From positions 18,311-82,310 of IMG/VR virus record IMGVR_UViG_3300044695_007705: DNA of 64,000 nt. One strand, 5' to 3'. The notes beneath the pieces are model-generated. The model saw nothing but the letters and a program-made list of their open reading frames with translations, ran no database searches and had not been told where the DNA came from. Below are positions 48,401 through 57,179 of the stretch, one piece after another; the first letter of the stretch is position 1; each line of letters begins with the position of its first letter. A program made the translations under genes and the position numbers. This DNA comes from a virus.

Positions 48401-48519
48401 TCTTCGACAGGAATTGCAGGTTGATCTTCGGCAAAGACGACTGGAAGCGAGTTTACCGCCCTTTGCTGGCCAAGAGGTACAGGGGCAGTTTTTCCGATAA
48501 TCGTTTGTTTGTTGGCCAT
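45475..48519 (-). CDS. Large cyanophage-type virion structural protein (~1014 aa)
   Basis: EEQNKIQSEVALSLLGIPRAEVALGIFADVNTYD, FFRYQPGRVS, KVTMWKIEFSWYGAVGA, KYGASYYIDGGD. Confidence 0.78.
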   Translation of the reverse strand: MANKQTIIGKTAPVPLGQQRAVNSLPVVFAEDQPAIPVEEQNKIQSEVALSLLGIPRAEVALGIFADVNTYDITPSEWSQSPLENDTETGTGLNHLAQEAGAELVAAPGRTTVLTSKRFFRYQPGRVSSSTMGVRMNRTRSTYDEGNPNRNIMKGAPTIKKWGIFDKFDGYYFEIANSGDENDFRCVRRTQAIVPSEPEGIETTPEGWNRVSAISGTTNIKEGNWGVAGVDPIIFRNGLCLVAAAIYDPSLCYSPTDVQAIEDSPSTLSEYEYNENYAVRLAYRDGSNNYVEHMSGRQFQFPFDQKIPGTFTPTEYETWRTNGEFLKPASGYIRLDTHCLWEDLVTNLGRGSGSGFDSQIALDGDKLAVNTSNNRFLYDTAPSEANSASKTWNLLVTVQGSTQVSNAEYSAAFPTPHRVSSYDVANANIGRKNITLKEWFKICVPPQYRMVYEWRPPRAMFSNDQLNGETNTVRWSDVSTANVDPTAVGVKRPGSIVTVDNDVLTSTSVYDIDFTKVTMWKIEFSWYGAVGALFLCYVPVGNGEARWVRVHHMRASNQLDVASLGNATLPITYLTHSGPSNGLPNNGKSILVKYGASYYIDGGDKGTVKLLSKSSDFSKPVAYCGIKTTIASAPSQNYFDIAGSVVAQSVKDQLVGAYLKSDTTIRVIWVENSGASDVKLYFNKSTSAFSVSDPIELIVPRRQRSMLALRAKDEVVNTTGTPIRNRLQLYPIKYGIGLTDSSSDKNILTVNFIKNPLLITNNLNNSTLAQSYNTPIFSDSAATELGFELGSGTVPREIVSGDNITSGNYSTLNSLLSSNGSYMHCYVRGLPTSSVPIGGFPATPAVGESPVLVRIFKKSSKLYIQNFSPKPESFSIFGVLVPVRMYTFNAQGSITSFTGDFAHSKYEDQKKWNESALVGTFESIAQLSGASVSQDLRLSPVSDTGSTIFSLYCNTGGSQFDLTDYFSYNKEYLSYPLTNEVDIICAYGMWESTSSSIQPTTQLSVVNSLTWEEQ

Positions 48520-48524
48520 AGTTA

Positions 48525-50807
48525 TCAAAGGGTGTGAGCGATTAAGTTGCCGTCAGCGATAAAGTAGTTAGGACGGAGAATGAACAGATTGCCCCCGTCG
48601 AACTCGATGGGGTCGGGACCAATAGTCGATCCGGGAATCAGATCGATTAAGACTGAATTTGTTACAGGGTCGATACCTAGGATAGGGTAAGAAGAGTTTT
48701 GATTCCATCCGGAAATCTCGCTTACATTCTTAAACCCGCTGATTACGATAGAATCGTTTTCGGAAGTGGTGACGTTTGAATAAATTTGGAACCCAAGTAA
48801 ATCGCTTGAATTTCTTAACTGAATAGCGATGTAGTTTATACCTTCTACTATCGCTCTACGAATTGAAAATGGCCTGAAGCCGCGTGTCGAGTTTCCTATC
48901 AGAACAGAAGCATTAACTTCGTAAACATACCCGTTTGGGTTGTTTAGCGACTGAGTTGAAGGTATAGTCTTGCCCTCTATTACTTGGGGAGTAACTCCTG
49001 GTAACGTTACGGAGAAAATGCCCACATCGAGTTGAGCTTGGGTCTGAAGAACTCTGAACGATCCTACTTGAGCGGATTTTTGACCTTCCTGATTCAACTC
49101 AAATATTTTCGCGTCTACCGAATCTCTAGCTATAGAGACTGACTCACCACCGTAAGTAACAGTCATGAATACGGGGTCGAGAGAAAATCCCTTTCTAACT
49201 TCGATAGTCGCTTTACTGTACTCGTTGTTATATGTATCTATAGAGCGGATTAACGAATCATTATCGCTGTATGCGAGATTTCCTTGCGAGTTCCATTGAG
49301 ACGAAGTCTCTAGATTGATTCCTTTGTCGCCACACCCTCTCACAATATTACCGTTAATCGTGCTGTACTCCGTGCTTATAATCTGCGGGCCGGTAGTAGC
49401 AAGCAAGGCGGTATTGCCCTGGACGACCATGTTCTCGCTTGTATCGATTATGAACGGGGCTACACCTTGCTCGTAAGGCCTTCCCGACCTTATCACCCTA
49501 TTGGCCGTTATAGACCCAGAATTACAGCTATTTACAAAAAACCCGCCACCTCCATTATTAACAAAAGTACACTCGTTAATCACCAGATTATCAATATTCT
49601 TCAGATTAAGCGAGACTTCAGACGTTATAGGGGAGAGTAAGGAGAAAGTCTCGCCAAAATTACCGTCAAAATACATCGAACGGAGTGTCAACCCCGATAC
49701 TCTAGAATTTGTGGGTTGTCCGTTAAAGCTGAAAAGACCCGGATTTATTGAACTAGGTACTGTACAAGGTAATCTTTTAATAACGGACGCGTTTCCCACA
49801 CCCCTTAAGGAAAGGCTAGAATAATCGAATTGTGAAGAATTATTGAAAGACAAATCCCGGGTGTTGTAACTACCGGCCGGGAAAAAGACTTCTTTAACCA
49901 GTCCAGAAGCCGCCAGGTTAACCGCCTCTCGAATATACCTAGTATCGTCTATCTGAAAATAGACAGTGTCTCCAGGGGACATTTGACTGCCCTGTGAAAT
50001 ACCAGAGCACTGAATAAAGGAACTTTGTTGTCCCAGTACTCCAGGTAAAATCCTAAAGCTTTCCTTAGAAGTTAGCCTTTTTAACAGAGTAACTTGGCCG
50101 CCGGATGCCGAAAAAACTTCTTTTAAATGCTCAGGGAGTACGGGATCATCATGCCAAGCAGCGTATTCTGTACTGCCAAGGTCTCGGAAAGTAATCAACC
50201 CGGATCCGGGATATCCAATCTTATTATTGCCAATGACACCCAAAAAGTCTAATTTATTACCCCACTGCCTGTAAATTACAGGTAATACAAAGTTAGAATT
50301 TCTGGAAAAATTGAGTTGAACGTATTGAGCCGTGTTCCAAAAGTTGGGATTTAATACTTTAGAGGTAGACTCGGGAGTCGGTTTTACCTCATACCTAATA
50401 GGCTGGCTTGTAATAACACCTTTTGATACGTCGTAGCCAGTAATGTAGTAAGTTAAAGCTGCGAGGTTGGGATTTGTACCTGTGGATGAAGAAAAGTCTA
50501 TATCTCCTACTGCTGAGTGCCCAGTAATCGAGATATTGTTCGGCTGCGAGGGGAAGTTAATGCTGTAGCTGAAGGAGAGAATTTCAGTGCCCGCCCTTAA
50601 AAGGTCGGAATATTGGAAAAGAGTTCCTCCCTGGCCATCAGAAATAGACGATATTGTTACAATATTATTCGAAATGTCAGTCACCGAGCCAGTAAAGGAT
50701 AATTCCCCCCGCCCAGAAGCCCCGATGTTCTTGACATTTATGTAAGAATTCTTGTCTTCAGGAACTTGAACTATGAATTCCGTCCCGAATTGCGGAATGT
50801 ACCTCAT
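48525..50807 (-). CDS. Right-handed beta-helix (pectin-lyase-like) tailspike/virion protein
   Basis: DDTRYIREAVN...VFFPAGSY entry motif followed by parallel beta-helix repeats; box 20 nt upstream. Confidence 0.75.
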   Translation of the reverse strand: MRYIPQFGTEFIVQVPEDKNSYINVKNIGASGRGELSFTGSVTDISNNIVTISSISDGQGGTLFQYSDLLRAGTEILSFSYSINFPSQPNNISITGHSAVGDIDFSSSTGTNPNLAALTYYITGYDVSKGVITSQPIRYEVKPTPESTSKVLNPNFWNTAQYVQLNFSRNSNFVLPVIYRQWGNKLDFLGVIGNNKIGYPGSGLITFRDLGSTEYAAWHDDPVLPEHLKEVFSASGGQVTLLKRLTSKESFRILPGVLGQQSSFIQCSGISQGSQMSPGDTVYFQIDDTRYIREAVNLAASGLVKEVFFPAGSYNTRDLSFNNSSQFDYSSLSLRGVGNASVIKRLPCTVPSSINPGLFSFNGQPTNSRVSGLTLRSMYFDGNFGETFSLLSPITSEVSLNLKNIDNLVINECTFVNNGGGGFFVNSCNSGSITANRVIRSGRPYEQGVAPFIIDTSENMVVQGNTALLATTGPQIISTEYSTINGNIVRGCGDKGINLETSSQWNSQGNLAYSDNDSLIRSIDTYNNEYSKATIEVRKGFSLDPVFMTVTYGGESVSIARDSVDAKIFELNQEGQKSAQVGSFRVLQTQAQLDVGIFSVTLPGVTPQVIEGKTIPSTQSLNNPNGYVYEVNASVLIGNSTRGFRPFSIRRAIVEGINYIAIQLRNSSDLLGFQIYSNVTTSENDSIVISGFKNVSEISGWNQNSSYPILGIDPVTNSVLIDLIPGSTIGPDPIEFDGGNLFILRPNYFIADGNLIAHTL

Positions 50808-50824
50808 GTAAATAAGCCTCTAAA

Positions 50825-51007
50825 CTAGCTTTCAACGAAAAATCTAGAAAGTATCGGGTTTGTATCCATACCGGCACTTTTCAACTCGTCCAAAGCTGCT
50901 CTAAAGGCTTTTTCTTTGCCCGGATCAGCTTTCAAATTTTTAAGCTTCGATTCTATTTCCTGCGGGTCGGGGAAAATACCCTCGATGTGATATACATCAG
51001 ATATCAT
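50825..51007 (-). CDS. Small hypothetical protein (60 aa)
   Basis: Fills gap in the operon; last codons VES encode the box. Confidence 0.6.
   Translation of the reverse strand: MISDVYHIEGIFPDPQEIESKLKNLKADPGKEKAFRAALDELKSAGMDTNPILSRFFVES
50828..50836 (-). promoter_or_regulatory. GTTGAAAGC box (putative late promoter)
   Basis: 20 nt upstream of ATG 50807. Confidence 0.75.
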
Positions 51008-51392
51008 AAGTGGTCAAGGGGCTGTGCAAGGTGTAAGAAAAAACCACATCCAATGCATTGGGCAATCCGCTCGAATGCCAGACATATAACTTATCGCCTT
51101 CTTTCAAGGTAATTTTATTGCCGCTTATTACTTCATAAGACACGTTGGGGGGGAGGCTAAGACCATTAAACAAGAAAGCGGTGTCTACCCCGTTGACTAT
51201 TTTGGCGAAAGTAGTCAAATTAGACTGCGTCTTGTTGCACATTAGTAACGATGTGACAAGAGCGAAATTTTTTTGGTGAGCCGGGGGGCTGCCAGACGCC
51301 ACAGGAACATCGATCAATAGGCCAGCAGAACCGCCTTCTACGTTAGAAGGGGAAGCGAGCTTGTTAGTGGAAATATTAGAGGGTAATAGCAT
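50997..51392 (-). CDS. Small beta-rich virion protein
   Basis: SLLMCNKT...KITLKEGDKLYV pattern common in cyanophage structural genes. Confidence 0.65.
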   Translation of the reverse strand: MLLPSNISTNKLASPSNVEGGSAGLLIDVPVASGSPPAHQKNFALVTSLLMCNKTQSNLTTFAKIVNGVDTAFLFNGLSLPPNVSYEVISGNKITLKEGDKLYVWHSSGLPNALDVVFSYTLHSPLTTYDI

Positions 51393-51399
51393 GGTTGAT

Positions 51400-51708
51400 T
51401 CAGTTCCAGAGTAAATTGCTCATGAACATGTGGGCGTGTAGACCAACAATGTCCGCTCTTCGGATAGGGGAAAATGCTGTTTCCGGTTCCGATTCGAACT
51501 CGATGACGTTCCTCCCAATCACCATCGGGGCCGGTGTCCCAAAACCGTCTTGGATTCGGCCCTGATCCCGAAGTTGTAAGTTACCGGTGCGTCTTGCAGG
51601 GATAAAATTTAAAGGAATCCCGTCTGTATCCGGCTCGCCGGAGACCTGTGTCAGCAAGACGTTGTCAAACGTCTTCGAAATATCAAAGTCTTTGATGGAC
51701 TGGGCCAT
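51400..51708 (-). CDS. Hypothetical virion protein (~102 aa)
   Basis: ATG 51708 is 20 nt after box 51729-51737. Confidence 0.65.
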   Translation of the reverse strand: MAQSIKDFDISKTFDNVLLTQVSGEPDTDGIPLNFIPARRTGNLQLRDQGRIQDGFGTPAPMVIGRNVIEFESEPETAFSPIRRADIVGLHAHMFMSNLLWN

Positions 51709-51728
51709 GGGCAATCTTATTCTTCTTA

Positions 51729-51754
51729 GCTTTCAACAAAAAACCGGTGAAAGT
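51729..51754. promoter_or_regulatory. Divergent back-to-back box pair
   Basis: 51729-51737 (-, exact) and 51746-51754 (+, GGTGAAAGT). Confidence 0.7.
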
Positions 51755-51783
51755 ATTATGTACCTTCTTTCCCTCGGATTAAA

Positions 51784-51942
51784 ATGAGCAAACAGGACAT
51801 GGTGACTTTGATCGAGGCGTACTCGGACGCCAAGGCGATCGGTAACAAACACCTTATCAGTATTATGGTTGGGCAGGTAGAACGGGCGTTGGACAGTATC
51901 TTTGACAAACCGGCCTTAGAGGTTGATCAAGATAATGCATAA
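51784..51942 (+). CDS. Small helical protein, 52 aa (MSKQDMVTLIEAYSDAKAIGNKHLISIMVGQVERALDSIFDKPALEVDQDNA), not in ORF track
   Basis: Translated by hand; box variant GGTGAAAGT 29 nt upstream. Confidence 0.7.
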   Translation: MSKQDMVTLIEAYSDAKAIGNKHLISIMVGQVERALDSIFDKPALEVDQDNA

Positions 51943-52285
51943 TAGGCGGCCTGCTGTCTACGTTTTAAGAAAACCTTCGGACCTGTTTCCTGACGACTCA
52001 GGGCTAAGTCCTGGCGACTTTGTGATAATGCACAGCGGGGATGTGAACGTCTGGGACGGTGTCTTTTGGCACCTTCTCCCGGGCAGATTTATTACGGTCG
52101 AAGAACTTAAGGAGTTTTTGGCTTATGCTGGTTCTGGGTGGCCGACAGACCCTGAGGATGCCAGAAACGATTTGCGAGGAGTGTTGCCGAACGATTTTCT
52201 TGAGCGAATGCTCAAAGTGTGTGCTAGGATACAAGAGGAAAGAAAGAGGCTGGAGGTCCAGTCCAGCCCCGTTGCTCTCTCATGA
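51935..52285 (+). CDS. Hypothetical protein (~116 aa)
   Basis: ATG 51935 overlaps the stop of the previous small ORF. Confidence 0.6.
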   Translation: MHNRRPAVYVLRKPSDLFPDDSGLSPGDFVIMHSGDVNVWDGVFWHLLPGRFITVEELKEFLAYAGSGWPTDPEDARNDLRGVLPNDFLERMLKVCARIQEERKRLEVQSSPVALS

Positions 52286-52400
52286 CAGCCCGGGCTACCG
52301 GGCTATAAATACCATAGCCGGTATCCGACAAGGAATAAACCTTGTGTCAAGGATTCAAATCATTGTCAAAATGAGTGAGAGTTAAGATTTGTGACTATTA

Positions 52401-52544
52401 TTAAGAGGGTGAAACCCCTAAGGGCCAAATCTGGCCAGTAGTTGGAATAGTCGGGCCGGGTGGTTCGGGGGCGCTGCCGCCGAAGCTGATACCCGACAGC
52501 GTGACGCTGGCCTGGCCTGCCGGGTCTTGGTTGATTGTCGCCAT
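52401..52544 (-). CDS. Small Pro-rich protein (47 aa) in a high-GC patch
   Basis: TGATG coupling with upstream gene; MATINQDPAGQASVTLSG...GQIWPLG. Confidence 0.5.
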   Translation of the reverse strand: MATINQDPAGQASVTLSGISFGGSAPEPPGPTIPTTGQIWPLGVSPS

Positions 52545-53383
52545 CAGACCATCCCCGCCAGGAACAGGGGAGATGCGCCAGTGACAGCAGAGGCGTTTGG
52601 TACGCATACTAAATCGTTATCGCCTGACGAAAGACTTACTAACTTCCTGCCATAGCCGCACTTTTTAATTTTCCCGCAGTCATAAGCATTGCCGTTTTTT
52701 ACACAAAAAAGTCTTTGCCAGTAAGGCGGTGCAGGGATCAAAACTTCTTCCACAGCCGGTACATCTTGTGCCGCTATAAATACACATGTATGGTCTTTGC
52801 ATCTAGAATCGTAAAGAACAACATCTCCCTCCCGGTACAAAAATTCTTTTTTTATCTTCGCCTCAGACCAAATGTCATTATCAAGGCTTGCAAGATTTTC
52901 TGACCAGTTAGCCGAAAACTCTGACCACGACTCCAGGTACAAAGAACTGTCGTAATACGGGTATTTAACCGCCAATTCCGCATAGCTTGGCAAATAATCC
53001 AGTTCCGATACCTGTACTCTACATATCTCCGTCCACTTACTCTCATCAAAAACCCCGACTGGCGGCGGTATGTCCTCCGCCGCTTCGTACAATATAAGTA
53101 AATACCCATCCTCAGCCGGATATACTACCCTGTCGCCTTGCCTATACCCAAACTCCTCATTATACGAGGCGTTTTTCCAATTAAAATCAGACTCGTCCCA
53201 GGCCAGGTTAAACTTACCCCAAGTGGAGATGGATCTACCGGCATAAGGATCGTATAGCTCGTGCTCTGGTAATAAATCTCGGCCGCAGGTGTTTGTTAGT
53301 TGGCAAGTGAAATCGATATCCAACCCCAGAGACTGTTTTTGCTCCGGGGTTAAACAATTTCCCTGGCCGAATAACCTAGCCAA
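52544..53383 (-). CDS. Virion protein with two CBM5/12-like carbohydrate-binding repeats
   Basis: YRQGDRVVY...LYEA...KW and YREGDVVLY...YW. Confidence 0.6.
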   Translation of the reverse strand: MARLFGQGNCLTPEQKQSLGLDIDFTCQLTNTCGRDLLPEHELYDPYAGRSISTWGKFNLAWDESDFNWKNASYNEEFGYRQGDRVVYPAEDGYLLILYEAAEDIPPPVGVFDESKWTEICRVQVSELDYLPSYAELAVKYPYYDSSLYLESWSEFSANWSENLASLDNDIWSEAKIKKEFLYREGDVVLYDSRCKDHTCVFIAAQDVPAVEEVLIPAPPYWQRLFCVKNGNAYDCGKIKKCGYGRKLVSLSSGDNDLVCVPNASAVTGASPLFLAGMV

Positions 53384-53386
53384 GTG

Positions 53387-53815
53387 TCAACGGAATTGGA
53401 AACTGTCCATCACGAACGTCATTTCGATCGTGCTGGGGGTACCGGAAGTCCTGTCAACTTGTCCGAAATTAAGCGAGGTAAACTGCGCGTCGGGCACGAT
53501 AATTCTCCGCGTCCCAAGGGGGCGAGGATCTTCACCACAAGTTACAGGAGTAATGAAAACGGTTACGAATTCACACCCATGAGACTTCCAAAAATCCACA
53601 ATATCGTAGTGGATTTGGGGGTCGAAAGGCACAGAGATAGTGGCTTCTTGGAGAGTTTTGACCCCCTTGAGCTGGTAAACGCGCTGAGTGATGCCGTCAG
53701 CGTACTGCGAGGTGGCTGCGGTGTCTCTGATTCCAGAGAAAGAGGTGAAAAAGTGAGACCAAGGAGTGGCTTGTACCCAGAATTGAGACTGAGTCGAGGG
53801 GCGAATCTTAAGCAT
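53387..53815 (-). CDS. Tail tube protein (T4 gp19-like)
   Basis: 142 aa; FTSFSGI, ATISVPFDP, C-terminal DRTSGTPSTIEMTFVMD pattern; box upstream. Confidence 0.65.
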   Translation of the reverse strand: MLKIRPSTQSQFWVQATPWSHFFTSFSGIRDTAATSQYADGITQRVYQLKGVKTLQEATISVPFDPQIHYDIVDFWKSHGCEFVTVFITPVTCGEDPRPLGTRRIIVPDAQFTSLNFGQVDRTSGTPSTIEMTFVMDSFQFR

Positions 53816-53850
53816 TATTATGCAAGAGTGGAATGGCTGTTGCCTAAACA

Positions 53851-53859
53851 GCTTTCAAC
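53851..53859 (-). promoter_or_regulatory. GTTGAAAGC box upstream of tail tube gene
   Basis: 35 nt upstream of ATG 53815. Confidence 0.7.
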
Positions 53860-53861
53860 TA

Positions 53862-55829
53862 TTACATGAAGTAAGGAGCGAATGAGGACCAGTATCCTGT
53901 CTTTTCAGGATCGAGTACGACGCATTCGCGATGCAATACCGCACGATTCAATCTATAAGACTTACTGTAAATATTTATGAGAGTTTCGATCTCGTCTTGC
54001 GAAAATTCCTCCTCGCGCATTATTTTCTGCTCGTAAGTCGTCATTTCAATCCGATAGTGATTAGCCGTTCCATAATGTTCGTTCGAACCGACACCAGGGA
54101 TATTTCTCACCTCTTCAAGTAGGCGTTTTGTTGTGAAAACGATATCGCCGGGTGTAGTATGCTCGTCGATGTTAAGTTTGGAAGTTTCGGAGTCCAGACC
54201 ACTAATACCTGTGCTGATGCGTTCCCAGCCAACCTCGTCCAATCCACCCTGATTAAATCTTTCCGCAATTTTTTTAGATACCTTATCTCTGACCGTCTTG
54301 TCCTTAAGATCGCCGGACTCATCAAACTCGGAAAAGTCAAGGTTATCGGCAGACACGTAGTTGTTGCGCGAGACGAGTTGGCCGAGTGTCTTTTCGCCCA
54401 TAACCAGAGGTTCCGGCTCGTCCTTTTTCTGGTGAACAATGCCCTTAGGAAAGGCTCCTGGTTGAGATTCCGACATTCCCGGCATCATTCCATCCATGCC
54501 GGGTACTTCGCCTTTTTCAAGAGACGGGATTTCAAGCTTGTCTCTGACCCAGTCCAAGTCAGAGATTTGGTATCCCAAGGCCTGGAGTTGTGACATTATC
54601 TGGACAACTTTTACCGGATCTTCGCGCTGTTCAAGGTCTTCGAAGTTCCGACGCAGCCGGGGCACTGACGAGCCGGGATAGTTAAGTTCTACAATCCAGC
54701 GAACAAGAGTAGCGTTTAACGTCTCGTCAATCTGCTCGCTGAATGCTTTCGCTTTGCGCATTCGAACACTGTCCGCCACGTTATCCCTAGCATAACTTCC
54801 TACCGATCCTGTATCCTGTCCGACTGTCGACTCGCCGTTGATAAGAAAAGAGATCTGTCTATCAATATAACTGATAATATTCTCGTACATTTCTGGTCTC
54901 CCTTCACCCCCGCTCAGCCAATCGACATCCATTTCGTCTGGTATTACAATGGCGGTCTCTTGGCCAAGCCGTTGTAACGCGGTGAACAACGATTTAACCT
55001 CTTCTTCTGGTGTGCCCAGGCTGAATTTACCCACTGCTGTCGGGGTTGTATGCTTATCTGCGTATTGCAGCCAAAAACTCATCAAAGTACGCCGGAATTC
55101 TACTAACGAATACAACTGACGCCCTAGTCCTGTACCATAGGGGTCCATGTTATTACTATAAGCCCAGTGCCTGTGAATGACCATGCTGCGCATGGGGATC
55201 GGAAGGCCTTCTACAGGGGATTGTATAGTGATTACTCTAGGACTGATAGACCCGTCTTCATTCAGGACGAACTGGAACCGGCGCGGATCTCGTATCTTGA
55301 TTTCGGCGGGGACAACGTAGCCCCCTTGACGCATCCAGCAAATCTCGCCAATACTTATACCGAGTATTAACGATTCGCACATTCCTCGTACGAAAGAGTC
55401 AAAGCCGGAGTTAGAAGTAGCGAGCATGTCGCGCCCCCTGGTCTGCCTGGTATTCGTCCCGAGGTGGTAGATAGTTTGACGTACGAATTCCGCGATTTCC
55501 TCGTCCTTGTCAGAGTCGGAAGCCGGAAACACTTCCCACTTGCGTTGTATAATCTCGCCAACAAGCTTTTCCCACGCACTTATAACCGCACTGTCATTAA
55601 ACAGCCGGGTATAAGACTCGATGGCGCGTGGGCCGCCCCCGCCCTCCTCAATAAGGATGTCGTCCCGCCTTGGAAGGATAGTTCCGGCTAAGACGGACGG
55701 AAGACCTCCCCACGTGTAAGGATCTGATAAATAACCTCCCACATTTCCTTGACTCAGGCTCAGGTTGTAGAGGCGGTCGTTATAGCCAGTTTTTACTATA
55801 CGCTTTTTATCGGTAGGCTGATCTGCCAT
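53862..55829 (-). CDS. Portal protein (DUF935 / Mu gp29-like) with acidic C-terminal extension
   Basis: EIAEFV, PYGTGLGRQLY...FWLQYADKH..PTAVGKF, QISFLINGES, GSYA...DSVR, TLVRWIVELNYP. Confidence 0.9.
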   Translation of the reverse strand: MADQPTDKKRIVKTGYNDRLYNLSLSQGNVGGYLSDPYTWGGLPSVLAGTILPRRDDILIEEGGGGPRAIESYTRLFNDSAVISAWEKLVGEIIQRKWEVFPASDSDKDEEIAEFVRQTIYHLGTNTRQTRGRDMLATSNSGFDSFVRGMCESLILGISIGEICWMRQGGYVVPAEIKIRDPRRFQFVLNEDGSISPRVITIQSPVEGLPIPMRSMVIHRHWAYSNNMDPYGTGLGRQLYSLVEFRRTLMSFWLQYADKHTTPTAVGKFSLGTPEEEVKSLFTALQRLGQETAIVIPDEMDVDWLSGGEGRPEMYENIISYIDRQISFLINGESTVGQDTGSVGSYARDNVADSVRMRKAKAFSEQIDETLNATLVRWIVELNYPGSSVPRLRRNFEDLEQREDPVKVVQIMSQLQALGYQISDLDWVRDKLEIPSLEKGEVPGMDGMMPGMSESQPGAFPKGIVHQKKDEPEPLVMGEKTLGQLVSRNNYVSADNLDFSEFDESGDLKDKTVRDKVSKKIAERFNQGGLDEVGWERISTGISGLDSETSKLNIDEHTTPGDIVFTTKRLLEEVRNIPGVGSNEHYGTANHYRIEMTTYEQKIMREEEFSQDEIETLINIYSKSYRLNRAVLHRECVVLDPEKTGYWSSFAPYFM

Positions 55830-55853
55830 TACAAAGATCTATTCTTCTTCCTA

Positions 55854-55862
55854 GCCTTCAAC
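55854..55862 (-). promoter_or_regulatory. Box variant GTTGAAGGC upstream of portal gene
   Basis: 24 nt upstream of ATG 55829. Confidence 0.7.
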
Positions 55863-55868
55863 GAATTT

Positions 55869-56132
55869 TCAACCCCTAGGGTCTTTGGATTTAAACACTA
55901 CGTCAAGATTCATAATTGCGTCGTACAACGCTTCGCGGTCCATGCCTCCCCGTTCGTACATGTCAATCACCTCTTCCGCGCCGTCCAGATATACGCCAGA
56001 ACTCCCGTCGGTCAAGATGTTTATGCCGTCCACGCCTTTTGCGCGACTCTCATTCTCGTCTGAATGCTTCTTAGATCTTTTTGCCATTGTTTCAAATACT
56101 CCGGTAGGTGTTGGTGGCAGCTTTGTTTCCAA
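55869..56132 (-). CDS. Small hypothetical protein
   Basis: ORF directly upstream of portal; start uncertain. Confidence 0.5.
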   Translation of the reverse strand: METKLPPTPTGVFETMAKRSKKHSDENESRAKGVDGINILTDGSSGVYLDGAEEVIDMYERGGMDREALYDAIMNLDVVFKSKDPRG

Positions 56133-56785
56133 TTAGCGTGACTGGAAAACTCGCTTGGGGGGTTATCAGGAAAATTCTTCCTCAAAAGCTTTACACCAGC
56201 CTCAACAAAGTTTTCGTTGCAGTTGCCATAAGCTTCTTCGAGAAGGTCGAGTTCGATATACGGGTAGTGTTTTGCAAATTCTGTAAACAAAGGTGAGTGG
56301 ATAATCCGTTTGGATTCTGTAACCGTCAAGGAGTTTATTTTATCTTGTACGATTCGGGAATCGAAGTCGGGGATCAGAGAAATCGCGTCAAGGACTTTGC
56401 CCGGGCCGTGCTCGTCGATCAAATCTGCAAATATCCTGTTAACAGCGGTCAAAGATACTTTGGCATCTTTGGCTTCCGGCCAACGCTCAAGCCGTTTACC
56501 ACACCAGGATATTGATATAAGGTCGGAGTACAAGTCCGGGATTTCAATCCCGGGTAAGGTTGAAGTGTATTCTTTGGCGCCTTTGCGGACGCTGCTTAAG
56601 GCGATAAGTCCTTGTTCCTTGGGTTGGCATTGTCCGTGCGAGGTTTCTGAATTGAAGTCGGAGACCCCGGACTCCTCCTGCTTAAGACTCCTGCTCAGGA
56701 GCAGCATTTCCTTCTGGTGACGGTGGGTCTCCAGAGTCTTCCACTTGTCGTGTGCGATTAGTTCTCGGATGATTTCCAGATTCAC
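56021..56785 (-). CDS. Hypothetical protein (254 aa)
   Basis: Long ORF in the portal operon. Confidence 0.65.
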   Translation of the reverse strand: MNLEIIRELIAHDKWKTLETHRHQKEMLLLSRSLKQEESGVSDFNSETSHGQCQPKEQGLIALSSVRKGAKEYTSTLPGIEIPDLYSDLISISWCGKRLERWPEAKDAKVSLTAVNRIFADLIDEHGPGKVLDAISLIPDFDSRIVQDKINSLTVTESKRIIHSPLFTEFAKHYPYIELDLLEEAYGNCNENFVEAGVKLLRKNFPDNPPSEFSSHANWKQSCHQHLPEYLKQWQKDLRSIQTRMRVAQKAWTA

Positions 56786-57179
56786 GGAGGTTTTGTTTTA
56801 CAATGCCGACAATGTCCTTGTACGACCAGCAATATTCTACCGCGCTCAGGGAGCCCGGGGGGATCCGGCCCGAGTCGACCCCACGGTACATAAGGGCACC
56901 CAGCTCGGTCTGCAACGCTTTGCCAGGCTCGTCGTAAACCGCCAGCTTGAGGGCTTTGTCCAGGGCGAGGTGGAGGTAGGCCAGGGTGACGTGATCGTAC
57001 CCGCAGAAGATGGTGTAGTCGGCCTGCGGCAGCGCTTTGAACCCACTTGTCAAAGTGCAAGTTTTCACGTCAACACCTTCAATCTCTTTCAAAACACCTT
57101 CGAGGTGTTGAATCATTTTACCAAGGCTGGGCTCTAAGCTAGTTTTTTCCGTAAACAGCAAGGAGACTTTGTATGACAT
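56682..57179 (-). CDS. Hypothetical alpha/beta protein (165 aa)
   Basis: Box variant GTTGAAAGT 24 nt upstream; internal high-GC patch. Confidence 0.65.
   Translation of the reverse strand: MSYKVSLLFTEKTSLEPSLGKMIQHLEGVLKEIEGVDVKTCTLTSGFKALPQADYTIFCGYDHVTLAYLHLALDKALKLAVYDEPGKALQTELGALMYRGVDSGRIPPGSLSAVEYCWSYKDIVGIVKQNLRESGNHPRTNRTRQVEDSGDPPSPEGNAAPEQES

Noticed and set aside
52304-52311. T4 late promoter TATAAATA
   Set aside because: Isolated occurrence inside a hairpin with no gene downstream; late genes use the GTTGAAAGC box instead
53384-53869. 161-aa + strand ORF
   Set aside because: Antisense shadow of the tail tube gene, which has the box and operon context
56682-57179. LOG/SLOG-family assignment
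   Set aside because: Only a vague alpha/beta resemblance; the PGGxGT motif is absent
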